From Candidatus Fokinia solitaria (GTDB lineage: Bacteria; Pseudomonadota; Alphaproteobacteria; Rickettsiales; Midichloriaceae), in assembly GCF_003072485.1 (NCBI RefSeq), contig NZ_CP025989.1:90001-122000 (forward strand): a stretch of DNA of 32,000 bases, given 5' to 3'. This document shows, in pieces, positions 1 to 8,977 of the stretch. The notes under the pieces are model-generated. The model was not told where the DNA came from, made no database searches, and saw only the letters and a list, made by a program, of their open reading frames with translations. A program made the position numbers and the translations under genes. Positions within the stretch are counted from its first letter, which is position 1, and every line of letters starts with the position of its first letter.

Positions 1-100
1 GGTGTATGCTAAGCACAAAATAATAGTGGAAGATATGCAGACGAAAAGAAAGTCGGCGGATAATATCGTTGGACTCATGAACTCGAGATTGTTATGGTGA
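1..100 (+). CDS. possible 3' end of a truncated CDS (VYAKHKIIVEDMQTKRKSADNIVGLMNSRLLW*)
   Basis: Frame 2 is open from the window edge to TGA at 98-100; the stop overlaps the antisense tRNA-Lys 3' end. One minus-strand frame is also open, so support is weak. Confidence 0.25.
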   Translation, partial: VYAKHKIIVEDMQTKRKSADNIVGLMNSRLLW

Positions 101-170
101 TCCTGATGCGACTCGAACGCATGACCTACTGATTAAAAGTCAGTTGCTCTACCGACTGAGCTACAGGATC
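95..170 (-). tRNA. tRNA-Lys (anticodon TTT), CCA encoded
   Basis: Reverse complement folds as a cloverleaf: acceptor GATCCTG/CAGGATC, anticodon stem-loop ACTGA-CTTTTAA-TCAGT, T-arm GTTCGAGTC, terminal ACCA. Confidence 0.96.
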
Positions 171-427
171 ACGGCAGTATCTTGACACTACGAGTGGATG
201 GTATAAAAATATGGCTGACTTGTCTATATAATTCGGAAGTTTTCTGAAAATTTCCAAGAAGTTGCTTGGTGAACCGATTGGCGCTGAAGAGATGAGGAGA
301 GGAGGGGAGGAGATGATGGAGAACATGTAATTCTATTTTGTCTCTGAACTTTCGATGTCTTAAAATAACTCACCAAGCAGGCAGGGAGGGCTGTTTCCTT
401 CATGCGAGTTAACGATCATAGACTGTC

Positions 428-442
428 ACAGTTTGAAACTGT
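428..442. promoter_or_regulatory. inverted repeat acagttt-g-aaactgt overlapping a possible -35 (TTGAAA 433-438; TAGAGT 457-462 as -10)
   Basis: Perfect 7-bp arms around a single centre base, upstream of the 496/535 start of the GHKL ATPase ORF. Confidence 0.35.
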
Positions 443-495
443 CTCAAGTAGCGCTTTAGAGTATTTCTCATATCCGTTGAATTATTTGGTAGAAT

Positions 496-2553
496 TTGGT
501 AAATCGTACCAGATATGAATGTAGAGCGGATGATATGAGCTTTGAATTGCTAGGCACGCTGAATAGAGTTCGCAGAAAGAGTAATAAAGGATACGATGTG
601 CTAAGTCCTATTTATGAACTACTTCTCAATGCTGTCAATGCCGAATGTAATAACGAGAAGGTAGATAAAGATGTTACTATCGAGATAGAATACACAACGA
701 AGGAGATACATAAGAAAAAGTATATTAATTATATTAAAATTTCTGATTACGGAGTTGGATTTAGCGAAGACAATTTTCAATCATTCAAAAATCTGTACTC
801 AAGTACAAATCAAAAACTTGGCTGTAAGGGAGTAGGAAGATTTCAAATTATGAGATCTTTTCATCAGATCAAAGTTAAGAGCTTTGATGATAATAAAAGA
901 TTTTCTTTCGATTTAGCGGAGTGCAACTATAACCAAAACAACATAGAAGGATTTTCAGAGAAACAGAGCCTTAATAGTTGCGATGCTGAAGCGAAAAAAA
1001 CGGTAGTTGAATGTGTTTATGATATAGCGAAAAAGAATAAGGATTTTGATGATGCTATACCTATGGCAGCGCCTGATGAAGAGGACGTGAAGGAGAAAAT
1101 TTTTTCAAAATTACTACTGAAATTAATATTACTTAAGAAAAGTGAATTTTGCATCGATATTAAATTGCAAGGTAAAAGTTTCATTACAAATACTGATATT
1201 GACGATCTGTCTGATATTGAGCAATCTTTTACTATCAAGGATATTGATGATAAGTTTACAATCTATCATTTGGTGACTAACCGTATTAAAGCAAAAACGA
1301 ATGAATGTAGAAATTATATTACATATGTAGCGGATGCTGTTGAGGTGACGAAAGACACATCTTTTTTTCAAGGTAAATCAAAATTTTTATACGAAGATGA
1401 TGAGAAGAAGCGATATATAGGTATTATAGAAAGTGACTATTTAAATAAACATGTTTCAGATAATAGGGAGGAATTTGATATAAAGCAGGAGACTTTTGAT
1501 AGTATTACAGAGAGTTGCAATGAACAAGTTGAGCGTAAGCTGAAAAAGGAACTCGAAAAGTACTATTCTGTTCAAGAGGATAAAATTAATAGAGTAAACG
1601 ATATGTATCCATTCTTAAAAGTAAAAGATCGATGTTTTGAGTACAAGCCGGATGACACGGAGGATGATATAGCTGAAAAAGGTTACATTTATTTGGCAAA
1701 AAAAGGATTTAAAAGCTTTAATGGTCTTAAAGAAAGGCTACTACAGTTCAATGAGAAGATAGCAGATAACATAAAGGACAAACAAGGAACATTATTTCCA
1801 GAGACTTCTTTAAAAGAAGAAATTTGTAATATAGCTGACGCAATTCAGAATGTTAGGAAGGATTCTTTAGCACGCGCGGTAACAGAAGAGTATGTAATCT
1901 TGCGGTTACTCGAAGAATATATTAAGCAAGAAAGTAAAGAATCTTGTATACATGAGCTTGTCTTTCCAAGATTTAAAAAGTACAGTAACGAAGAAAAAGA
2001 AGCATATGATAAAGCCAATTTATGGCTGATTGACGACAAGTATATCGGTTATAACCATGAGTATATCGCTTCTGATCTAAAAATTGAAGACTTTGAAGTG
2101 GAACTATCAGACAGATCTGGGGCAGCGAATAAAGAGAAAAGAAAGAGGCCAGATTTATGTATATTCCAAGATAGTGAACACATCGAGCCAGTAGTGATAA
2201 TAGAGTTTAAATCACAATCATCACGAGAGCAAATAAAGCACGTTACTGACCAGGTCGAGGAGTATGCGAAGATAATCAGTGCAATGTCGAGTAATCGATA
2301 TTCGAGATTCACATTACTGATTATTCAGCCGATTGAAAAAATGGAATCTACTCAAGGTTATCTGAATGAAGAGGGCTGGACTATTTTGAAAGAGTCACAT
2401 CATTATATGAAGGTTCCGCAAGGTGTATATAATAACAAAAGAGAGCCAATACATCTAACGTATGAATTAATAAGTATAAAGAGATTTGCAGAATTAGCAA
2501 AAAAGCGCAAAGAGAAGTACATAAAAGCTTTAGGGCTAGAGCTGCCGAAATAG
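496..2553 (+). CDS. GHKL (Bergerat-fold) ATPase with C-terminal PD-(D/E)XK nuclease-like region; candidate defence/DNA-processing protein
   Basis: N-box ELLLNAVNAE, DYGVGF (DxGxG) and GCKGVGR glycine motifs at the N-terminus; C-terminal RPDLCIF...PVVIIEFKS matches the D...ExK pattern. Track start is TTG 496; ATG 535 (MSFELLG) is an alternative start with purine-rich AGAGCGGA upstream. Confidence 0.75.
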   Translation: MVNRTRYECRADDMSFELLGTLNRVRRKSNKGYDVLSPIYELLLNAVNAECNNEKVDKDVTIEIEYTTKEIHKKKYINYIKISDYGVGFSEDNFQSFKNLYSSTNQKLGCKGVGRFQIMRSFHQIKVKSFDDNKRFSFDLAECNYNQNNIEGFSEKQSLNSCDAEAKKTVVECVYDIAKKNKDFDDAIPMAAPDEEDVKEKIFSKLLLKLILLKKSEFCIDIKLQGKSFITNTDIDDLSDIEQSFTIKDIDDKFTIYHLVTNRIKAKTNECRNYITYVADAVEVTKDTSFFQGKSKFLYEDDEKKRYIGIIESDYLNKHVSDNREEFDIKQETFDSITESCNEQVERKLKKELEKYYSVQEDKINRVNDMYPFLKVKDRCFEYKPDDTEDDIAEKGYIYLAKKGFKSFNGLKERLLQFNEKIADNIKDKQGTLFPETSLKEEICNIADAIQNVRKDSLARAVTEEYVILRLLEEYIKQESKESCIHELVFPRFKKYSNEEKEAYDKANLWLIDDKYIGYNHEYIASDLKIEDFEVELSDRSGAANKEKRKRPDLCIFQDSEHIEPVVIIEFKSQSSREQIKHVTDQVEEYAKIISAMSSNRYSRFTLLIIQPIEKMESTQGYLNEEGWTILKESHHYMKVPQGVYNNKREPIHLTYELISIKRFAELAKKRKEKYIKALGLELPK

Positions 2554-2676
2554 CTTATTTTAGCGAGTGTATTCAGCATTTTCGCAATTTCTGAATTCTC
2601 ATTTTGGATGGGTAGATTATCTTGATTACCCTAACCGTAAGCACAACTCGCCGTTACACGCGACCGTGCAGAGACT

Positions 2677-2751
2677 TGGCTCCCCGGGTTGGATTCGAAC
2701 CAACGGCCAAGCGGTTAACAGCCGCTTGCTCTGCCACTGAGCTACCGAGGA
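2677..2751 (-). tRNA. tRNA-Asn (anticodon GTT), CCA encoded
   Basis: Reverse complement TCCTCGGTAGCTCAGTGGCAGAGCAAGCGGCTGTTAACCGCTTGGCCGTTGGTTCGAATCCAACCCGGGGAGCCA folds as a cloverleaf. Confidence 0.96.
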
Positions 2752-2843
2752 ATTTATGAGACATACATCATCTCACAATATAGAGTAGTATACGATTTTG
2801 AGTGTACGTTCAATTACAAATTAGCAAATTCACTTCTTAAATT

Positions 2844-3464
2844 CTAAAAACAAAAAATTTGCTCATTAAATCCGACAATATCTAGTGCAGCGATCGTTGG
2901 AATTACGTCAAAACATTTTTGTGCTACCTCCATTTTTCCATCTCTTATAAGGATCTTATTTAATTTCTCCACTAGCTTATGTAAATACAATACATCATAT
3001 GCAGCGTACTCCTTTTGTTCTTCTGTGAGGACTGCTTCTCCCCAATCCGATGTTTGTTGCGTTTTAGATAGTTTTACTCCGAGTAATTCTGCGCAAAGCG
3101 ATTTTAGTCCGTGATAATCCGTAAAGGTGCGTGACAACTTTGAAGCGATTTTTGTACAATATATATTCTTCATTGATATATTAAATGATTGCTGTAGTTT
3201 TGCTACATCAAATCTTGCGAAATGAAAGATCTTTAAGAGTTTTTCATTAGACAGGAGCGTAGTGAGATTGACCGCTTCTATATAGTCGTTTTTGCTGCGG
3301 AAATGCACGAGATGCACTTCATCTGTGCCGAAGCACAATTGCACTAAACACATCCTATCTCTCATTATATGCAATCCCATTGCTTCTGTATCAAGCGCTA
3401 CGGCAGTGTATTCATTCTCGAGTAGCGACGACGGTATATCGTTAATGTGATAGTGTACGATCAT
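2844..3464 (-). CDS. rnd: ribonuclease D-like 3'-5' exonuclease (DEDDy family, single domain)
   Basis: VALDTEAMGL...MCLVQL, FHFARFDVAKL, CTKIASKL, YHGLKSL and DWGEAVLTEEQKEYAAYDVLYL motifs. Start set at the internal Met (MIVHYHINDIP); the 56-aa ORF extension looks non-homologous. Confidence 0.88.
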   Translation of the reverse strand: MIVHYHINDIPSSLLENEYTAVALDTEAMGLHIMRDRMCLVQLCFGTDEVHLVHFRSKNDYIEAVNLTTLLSNEKLLKIFHFARFDVAKLQQSFNISMKNIYCTKIASKLSRTFTDYHGLKSLCAELLGVKLSKTQQTSDWGEAVLTEEQKEYAAYDVLYLHKLVEKLNKILIRDGKMEVAQKCFDVIPTIAALDIVGFNEQIFCF

Positions 3465-3531
3465 ACAAAAAGATTGACTAAAACAGTATCTAAGAGGAAG
3501 ATTATCATCCTTGTCTAGATTATAAAAAATC

Positions 3532-4770
3532 GTGAAAGAGTACAGTAAAATATGCGCTTTACTTTCTGAGAAGAAAGAAATGACTGCTAAGTGGTACAAA
3601 GAACTAGTTGATAGATACACTGCCAATGACATCGTTGTGCCTTTATATTACTCGATTGATTTCAGAGAGTCCTGCTATAAGAGTACCGTGGTAGATTGTA
3701 ATATGTTTCCTGCGGGTTTCATGCATGTACGGTATAATGAAGAAATTGTACAGGCATTTCAGAAGTATATTTCAGAATATACTGATAAGTTTCGTAAAAG
3801 TATATCAGCAATATATCTTATACCTGAGAACTTTACTCGAAACTCATTCTATATACGGAATGTTGTAAGATTGTCGAAGATTCTTCGAGAAGTGGCTTTA
3901 AGACTCAAGGTAGAGTTTTCTTTATTGTTGGACACTGATAACGAATTGTTATTTATCGAATTGCAAGATGCAATCATGAATTTTCGACAATTGCCAATTT
4001 TACAGTATAATACCACCATAAACGACGATGCTTTAATCATTTTGAATAAAGACCTTACAAATGGTATGTCTTCGATATTATCGTCTGCGAAGAGTGTGTT
4101 ACCTAATCCTCTATATGGCTGGTATCGCAGAAGTAAGTATAACTTTTTTCAAAAATATGAAGCGCTTGCAGTGGAAGTTTCAAAGATTCTGAATTGCGAT
4201 TCGTGGTTCTTTTGTTCGTTGATATCATATGTCTCAATGAGTGGAGATAGTTGGAAGAGTGAAAGCGAATCTTTAGCATTGGCAGTAGATTCTCTTATAA
4301 AAAGAATTAGCGAAAAATATGCATTATACGGGATTAAAGATGCACCTAAGGTATTTGTGAAATCAGACAACGGTACATTTGGTAGGGCGAATATTGCTGT
4401 ATTTTCAGGCGATGACATCAGAAAGCTTAATAAGAAGAATAGAGAAGAGCTTTATAAAAGCGGTATAGAAAATAACTTTGTAATACAAGAATGCGTGTAT
4501 AGCACTTTATGTAATGAAAACGAGAAGCTGTTTCTCTCATCATTAATGTCAGAGAATGCTTCGTGCGAACGTATGCTATATACTATTGGCGGACAGCATC
4601 ACGCCACTTTATTACGAACTAATACCAAAAAAGGAAGTGGCGAGAATCTGAATACTCCTGGAATGTCAATCGCAAATATAGACCATATACCTTACAGTAA
4701 TCCTTTGGAAGGCCTTATAGTACAACTTACTACTCTTGCTACTATGGAAGAGTTATCTTGTATATGCTAG
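3532..4770 (+). CDS. gshA: glutamate--cysteine ligase (Thiobacillus/proteobacterial gshA_ferroox-type)
   Basis: VFVKSDNGTFGRANIAV, FVIQECVYS, and GGQHHATLLRTN...GENLNTPGM resemble this ligase family. True start may be the internal MTAKWYKEL. Confidence 0.75.
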   Translation: MKEYSKICALLSEKKEMTAKWYKELVDRYTANDIVVPLYYSIDFRESCYKSTVVDCNMFPAGFMHVRYNEEIVQAFQKYISEYTDKFRKSISAIYLIPENFTRNSFYIRNVVRLSKILREVALRLKVEFSLLLDTDNELLFIELQDAIMNFRQLPILQYNTTINDDALIILNKDLTNGMSSILSSAKSVLPNPLYGWYRRSKYNFFQKYEALAVEVSKILNCDSWFFCSLISYVSMSGDSWKSESESLALAVDSLIKRISEKYALYGIKDAPKVFVKSDNGTFGRANIAVFSGDDIRKLNKKNREELYKSGIENNFVIQECVYSTLCNENEKLFLSSLMSENASCERMLYTIGGQHHATLLRTNTKKGSGENLNTPGMSIANIDHIPYSNPLEGLIVQLTTLATMEELSCIC

Positions 4771-4797
4771 ACTTCTACGTGTGAAGGAGCTTAATTC

Positions 4798-5247
4798 GTG
4801 AAAATGATACTGATACCATTAGATTATTGGATTTCAAATCTGATTTGGCTATGCATTTCTCTTGGTGCATTGTTTTTATTTTGTCATTTTGTATTTATTC
4901 CTAGACTTATGTATAGAAAGCGGCAAAGAGCGGATGTATTGCAGTCTAATGTCGCTTTAATAAGTAAGATCGAAAAAGAGATAGAGCTTATACAGGTACA
5001 AGTAGAGCAGGAACTGCATACTACTTCTCAAAAATGTAAAGATATCGATGCTAGCGCTATAATGAAAGCAAGGGACATAGTAGAATCTACTAGGACAAAG
5101 TTGAAGCAGCAGTACAGGGAGCGCTATATGAAAATGAGCGCAGAATTAACAGTGAGTGCAGAAGAATTACATAGTACTACTGATGAGTTAGTTAAGGACG
5201 CATATCTGCAAATTGTGGAAGAGTATCGCCTTAAATCACATCTCTAA
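4798..5247 (+). CDS. atpF: F0F1 ATP synthase subunit b/b'-like protein
   Basis: 149 aa: one N-terminal TM segment (WISNLIWLCISLGALFLFCHFVFIPRL) then a long charged coiled-coil; typical b/b' architecture. GTG start. Confidence 0.55.
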   Translation: MKMILIPLDYWISNLIWLCISLGALFLFCHFVFIPRLMYRKRQRADVLQSNVALISKIEKEIELIQVQVEQELHTTSQKCKDIDASAIMKARDIVESTRTKLKQQYRERYMKMSAELTVSAEELHSTTDELVKDAYLQIVEEYRLKSHL

Positions 5248-6825
5248 TCTTTTCGCTTTTAAATTACTACACCATATTGCAGCGCAAAAGTACGTAGTAC
5301 CTACTGCTGTGAAGACAGATGATAGTATGCCTACAGTAATTGTAACTGCAAACCCTCTCAGCGCACTCATTCCGAATATGTACAAAGCGAGTGCTGCTAT
5401 GATTGTTGTGATGTTAGCGTCGAGAATTGTTCTCATTACCTGCGCATAAGACTTTTTAATCGTAGCAACGATATGTTTTTTAGAAATACTACCTTCTTCC
5501 GTTCTGATGTGACGAAGCTCCTCTTTTATTTTTTCAAAAATTAGAATATTTGCGTCAACTGCCATACCTAGAGTTAGTACGATACCTGCGATTCCTGGAA
5601 GCGTAAGTGTTGCATTCATAAGCGATATAATGCCAATTATGATAACAAGATTTAAGAACAAACTGATATTAGTAAAAAGTCCCCATATTTTGTAAAAGAG
5701 TATCATGAAAACTACGATACATAGCAGTGCAATGATAGTTGCGACGGTGCCAGAGTGTACCGATGCTTCTCCTAGTGTAGGACCTATTACCTTTTCTTCT
5801 ACTATTGTTAATGCTACTGGAAGACTACCAGAGCGCAGCATAGAAGCTAATTCGTTGGCACTTTCTAGTGAAAATGAACCTGATATCATACCATTTCCTC
5901 CACGTATAGGCTCTTTTATTGATGGCGCACTGATAATTCTATTATCGATGACAATTGCAATATATTTTCCTACGTTTTTAGATGTATATGTGCCGAATTT
6001 TTGCGCGCCTTCGCTATTTAAAGAAAATGATACTACATATTCACCACCATTACTCAGTGCTCTCGCATCAACTATCATAGAACCGTCTATAATAGGGCGC
6101 TTATAGACGTATAGTTTTTTCTGATCTATATCGTTATTCAAGAGAGGCAATTCTTCCATGGAAGTACTTCGTGTTCTCTGTTTATCTGATAAAACAACTT
6201 CTTTTAATTCAAGTTTTGCGGTAGTACCGAGTAATCTCTTGATACTCTGCATATCGTAGATTCCTGGTATATTGAGTAAAATTTTATTTTCCTGAAATTT
6301 TATCACCTCTATTTCTTTTGTCCCTGATTCATCAACTCTTTTTTTTATGATTTCTATAATTCTCTCTATCAACGATTCGGTAATTATTTGATTATGCTTT
6401 TCTGTAAGAGTGATGTTAATACCGTTTGTTGTTTCCGTTACGCATTGCGTACACGTAGTTTTTCCAAGATCTGAAACTAATTCTTTCAACTGTCTCTCAT
6501 CCAACTTTACACCTACGATTTGTAGTACGTTATCCTGTATATCTATACTCGAGTAGCTTATGTTATTCTTGTACAAGAAAGATTCAATATCCGTACTTTT
6601 AGACTCAAGAGCAGTCTTAATGTATGAATTAATATCGAGTTCCGCAGTGATGGAGATACCTCCTTTTAAATCTAACCCCATTGTGATTGGTGCAGTGATA
6701 AAATGCCTCTCATTATATTTGATACCTTTCGCATTTAAAAATGTAGGAATTGCACAATATGTAAAAAAGAAGCACACAAGACAGTAGAGTGTTAGCGACC
6801 ATTTAGAGTAATTCATTATTTTCAC
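5236..6825 (-). CDS. secD: protein translocase subunit SecD
   Basis: GLDLKGGISITAELD near N-terminus, IIAIVIDNRIISAPSIKEPI, LRSGSLPVALTIVEEKVIGPTLG, LGMAVDANILIFEKIKEE; multi-TM C-terminus. Confidence 0.95.
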   Translation of the reverse strand: MKIMNYSKWSLTLYCLVCFFFTYCAIPTFLNAKGIKYNERHFITAPITMGLDLKGGISITAELDINSYIKTALESKSTDIESFLYKNNISYSSIDIQDNVLQIVGVKLDERQLKELVSDLGKTTCTQCVTETTNGINITLTEKHNQIITESLIERIIEIIKKRVDESGTKEIEVIKFQENKILLNIPGIYDMQSIKRLLGTTAKLELKEVVLSDKQRTRSTSMEELPLLNNDIDQKKLYVYKRPIIDGSMIVDARALSNGGEYVVSFSLNSEGAQKFGTYTSKNVGKYIAIVIDNRIISAPSIKEPIRGGNGMISGSFSLESANELASMLRSGSLPVALTIVEEKVIGPTLGEASVHSGTVATIIALLCIVVFMILFYKIWGLFTNISLFLNLVIIIGIISLMNATLTLPGIAGIVLTLGMAVDANILIFEKIKEELRHIRTEEGSISKKHIVATIKKSYAQVMRTILDANITTIIAALALYIFGMSALRGFAVTITVGILSSVFTAVGTTYFCAAIWCSNLKAKRLEM

Positions 6826-6828
6826 TTA

Positions 6829-7755
6829 TTAAAAATTCACCTTAGATACATATACTGACCAGTTATTTCGAGTTTTCCTTAACTTCTTTGCTTCCAATAA
6901 TGCTACTCTTTCGGTTACAAATAATCCAAAACATGCAGAACCAGTACCTGTCATACTGTAATATACGGCTGAAGTTGAAGCTAACGTCTTTAATATGTCT
7001 GATATCTCAGGATATAAAAGAACTGCCGTCTTCTCAAGATCGTTACCAATAGCGAATACAAAATCTTTTCTTATTTCCGGTGTATTTCTCATTTCGAGAA
7101 TTTTCTTGTCATACGTTTTATCCGCTTTTTTCAATACAAAATGTTGATATACGTCACTTGTATTGCAACTGAAATTAGGACACACTATGACTGCATAGTA
7201 GCGATAATACGGAGTGAGTTTTATAAGCTTCTCTCCTTTATGTCTGCCTAATGCGCATCGATAATTACGTGTAAAAAACGCAACATCTACTCCTATTTTA
7301 TAACTGATTAGCACGATATCTTTGATGGTGAGATGCTCTAAGTTCTCATATAGGAAACGTATTACTGTAGCAGCATTGGAAGAACCGCCGCCAAGCCCTG
7401 CACCGATAGGAATCCTTTTTTGGATCTTAATTCTCATTCTCGATATCAGATCTATAACGTAGTGTTGTTTACCATATTGCGCCTCTAGTAACTTCAGTAT
7501 TTCCATTACTGCGCTAAGTATAAGATTATGCTCTACACTTTCGATGCTTTCCCCGGTATCTGAGAACATGCTAATGCTAGCAGGAGAAAATTTAGACCTT
7601 CTTTTGTTAAATGTTATCGTAATTGTGTCAAACAGATTAATCTTCGCAAGCAATGTGCATACTTCGTGATAATTATCTGGTAATATGTCGCAAATTTTAA
7701 GGAAGAGATTCAATTTAGCGTACGATTTTGCTATGTATTCTTTTGTTATATCCAT
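6829..7755 (-). CDS. ispE: 4-diphosphocytidyl-2-C-methyl-D-erythritol kinase
   Basis: AYAKLNLFLKI, KRIPIGAGLGGGSSNAATV (GHMP kinase ATP-binding motif), MTGTGSACFGLF. Confidence 0.93.
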   Translation of the reverse strand: MDITKEYIAKSYAKLNLFLKICDILPDNYHEVCTLLAKINLFDTITITFNKRRSKFSPASISMFSDTGESIESVEHNLILSAVMEILKLLEAQYGKQHYVIDLISRMRIKIQKRIPIGAGLGGGSSNAATVIRFLYENLEHLTIKDIVLISYKIGVDVAFFTRNYRCALGRHKGEKLIKLTPYYRYYAVIVCPNFSCNTSDVYQHFVLKKADKTYDKKILEMRNTPEIRKDFVFAIGNDLEKTAVLLYPEISDILKTLASTSAVYYSMTGTGSACFGLFVTERVALLEAKKLRKTRNNWSVYVSKVNF

Positions 7756-7766
7756 TGCAGTACATA

Positions 7767-8966
7767 ATGCTTAACAAATATGATGTAGCGATTATCGGAG
7801 GAGGCGTTACAGGTATGACACTGGCACATACACTAGCTCACAATGATATGCATGTAATCCTTGTAATTGACAATGCAGATTGCACTTTACAGCAAACACA
7901 AATAAAACATGAAAAACGAAATGATAGAGCTTTTGCGCTTTCTCATAATGTTATATCATTTTTGCTGAAGAACAAGCTTTTAGATGAGTGTGATATAAGC
8001 AAAGAGAAGCGAATTGATGATATACTAGTAATAGATGAAGATGAAAAAGAATTGGTATCGATATCAAAAGCTGATAATGCTGGCAATAGTATAGGATATA
8101 TGATCTCAGAGTCAAAGCTGAGAACAACGATAGCGGATAAATTAAAAACGACTCTTCATAATGTGGAGTTATTGTTTGTGACATCCATTGATGAACTTCA
8201 TGTTGATGAAGGAGAAGTGCTTATACATTGCACCTCTGACGGAAAAAAAATTGAATGCAAGGCGAAGCTATTAGTTGCCGCTGATGGTAAGGATTCATTT
8301 GTTAGAAAGTATTTCAATATTGCTTCATATGAGAGAAGCTACATGCAAACAGCAATGTGCTTTAATATCAATCATCCGTATAGCATTAAGAATACGGCAA
8401 TAGAGAAGTTTAGCGCAAATTCCACAATTGCACTACTGCCGTATAGCTCTCCGTATGAGTCATCAGTAGTATTGATATTGAAAAATCAGAGTGCAGAAAA
8501 AATCAGTACTATATCTAACAGTGCACTAGAAAAGATATTAACTCTTGAATTGCGTAATCTATGTGGCAATGTCGAAATTACTTCAGAGATTCAATCGTAC
8601 CAGTTAATGGAAAAAAGAATGCAGAAGCTATATCACACAAGAACCGCTTTTGTAGGAGATGCTGGTCATGTAATACATCCTTTGGCAGGGCTTGGCCTTA
8701 ACCTTGGATTGCACGACGTGATCAGTTTAAGTGAATTAATACTGAGATATAACAGTGTACAGATTGATATTGGCGCAATGACGTTGTTAGAACAGTATCA
8801 CTGCGATAGAAAATTGCAGATTAATTCTGTGTCACTCATGACAAATGCAATGCACTATATTGGAGTACAAAGTAATAGCAAATTTATACGTAATATGATT
8901 AAGATAGGGATGAATGCATTCAATTGTATGAATCCGCTGAAAAGGAAGATTATGCAAAATATATAA
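7767..8966 (+). CDS. UbiH/UbiF/COQ6-family FAD-dependent monooxygenase
   Basis: DVAIIGGGVTGMTLAHTLA (Rossmann FAD-binding), LLVAADGKDSFVRKYF, FVGDAGHVIHPLAGLGLNLGLHD. ATG at 7767 preferred over the ORF-track start at 7728. Confidence 0.88.
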   Translation: MLNKYDVAIIGGGVTGMTLAHTLAHNDMHVILVIDNADCTLQQTQIKHEKRNDRAFALSHNVISFLLKNKLLDECDISKEKRIDDILVIDEDEKELVSISKADNAGNSIGYMISESKLRTTIADKLKTTLHNVELLFVTSIDELHVDEGEVLIHCTSDGKKIECKAKLLVAADGKDSFVRKYFNIASYERSYMQTAMCFNINHPYSIKNTAIEKFSANSTIALLPYSSPYESSVVLILKNQSAEKISTISNSALEKILTLELRNLCGNVEITSEIQSYQLMEKRMQKLYHTRTAFVGDAGHVIHPLAGLGLNLGLHDVISLSELILRYNSVQIDIGAMTLLEQYHCDRKLQINSVSLMTNAMHYIGVQSNSKFIRNMIKIGMNAFNCMNPLKRKIMQNI

Positions 8967-8977
8967 ATTTGTACTAA

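Noticed and set aside
1-94. Minus-strand MSPTILSADF... resembling the N-terminus of ribulose-phosphate 3-epimerase
   Set aside because: The following residues (LFVCISSTIILCLAYT) do not fit that family, so the short match looks coincidental.
292-330. 12-codon purine-rich ORF (MRRGGEEMMENM) as a leader peptide upstream of the ATPase gene
   Set aside because: Probably an accident of a GA-rich tract; too short and too far from the main start to support.
2554-2843. tRNA-Asn 3' end facing the ATPase gene, as a possible integration (att) site
   Set aside because: The 3' end does point toward the gene, but I found no direct repeat of the tRNA 3' sequence near 171-495 and no integrase in the window.
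5705-6106. 133-aa plus-strand ORF and the other ORFs antisense to core genes (e.g. 12899-13210, 15130-15378, 15356-15667, 20527-20868, 21290-21835, 21857-22255, 24997-25263, 28468-28737, 29915-30265, 31294-31602, 31696-31968)
   Set aside because: Each lies opposite a confidently identified conserved gene, has no recognisable motif, and is expected as shadow ORFs.
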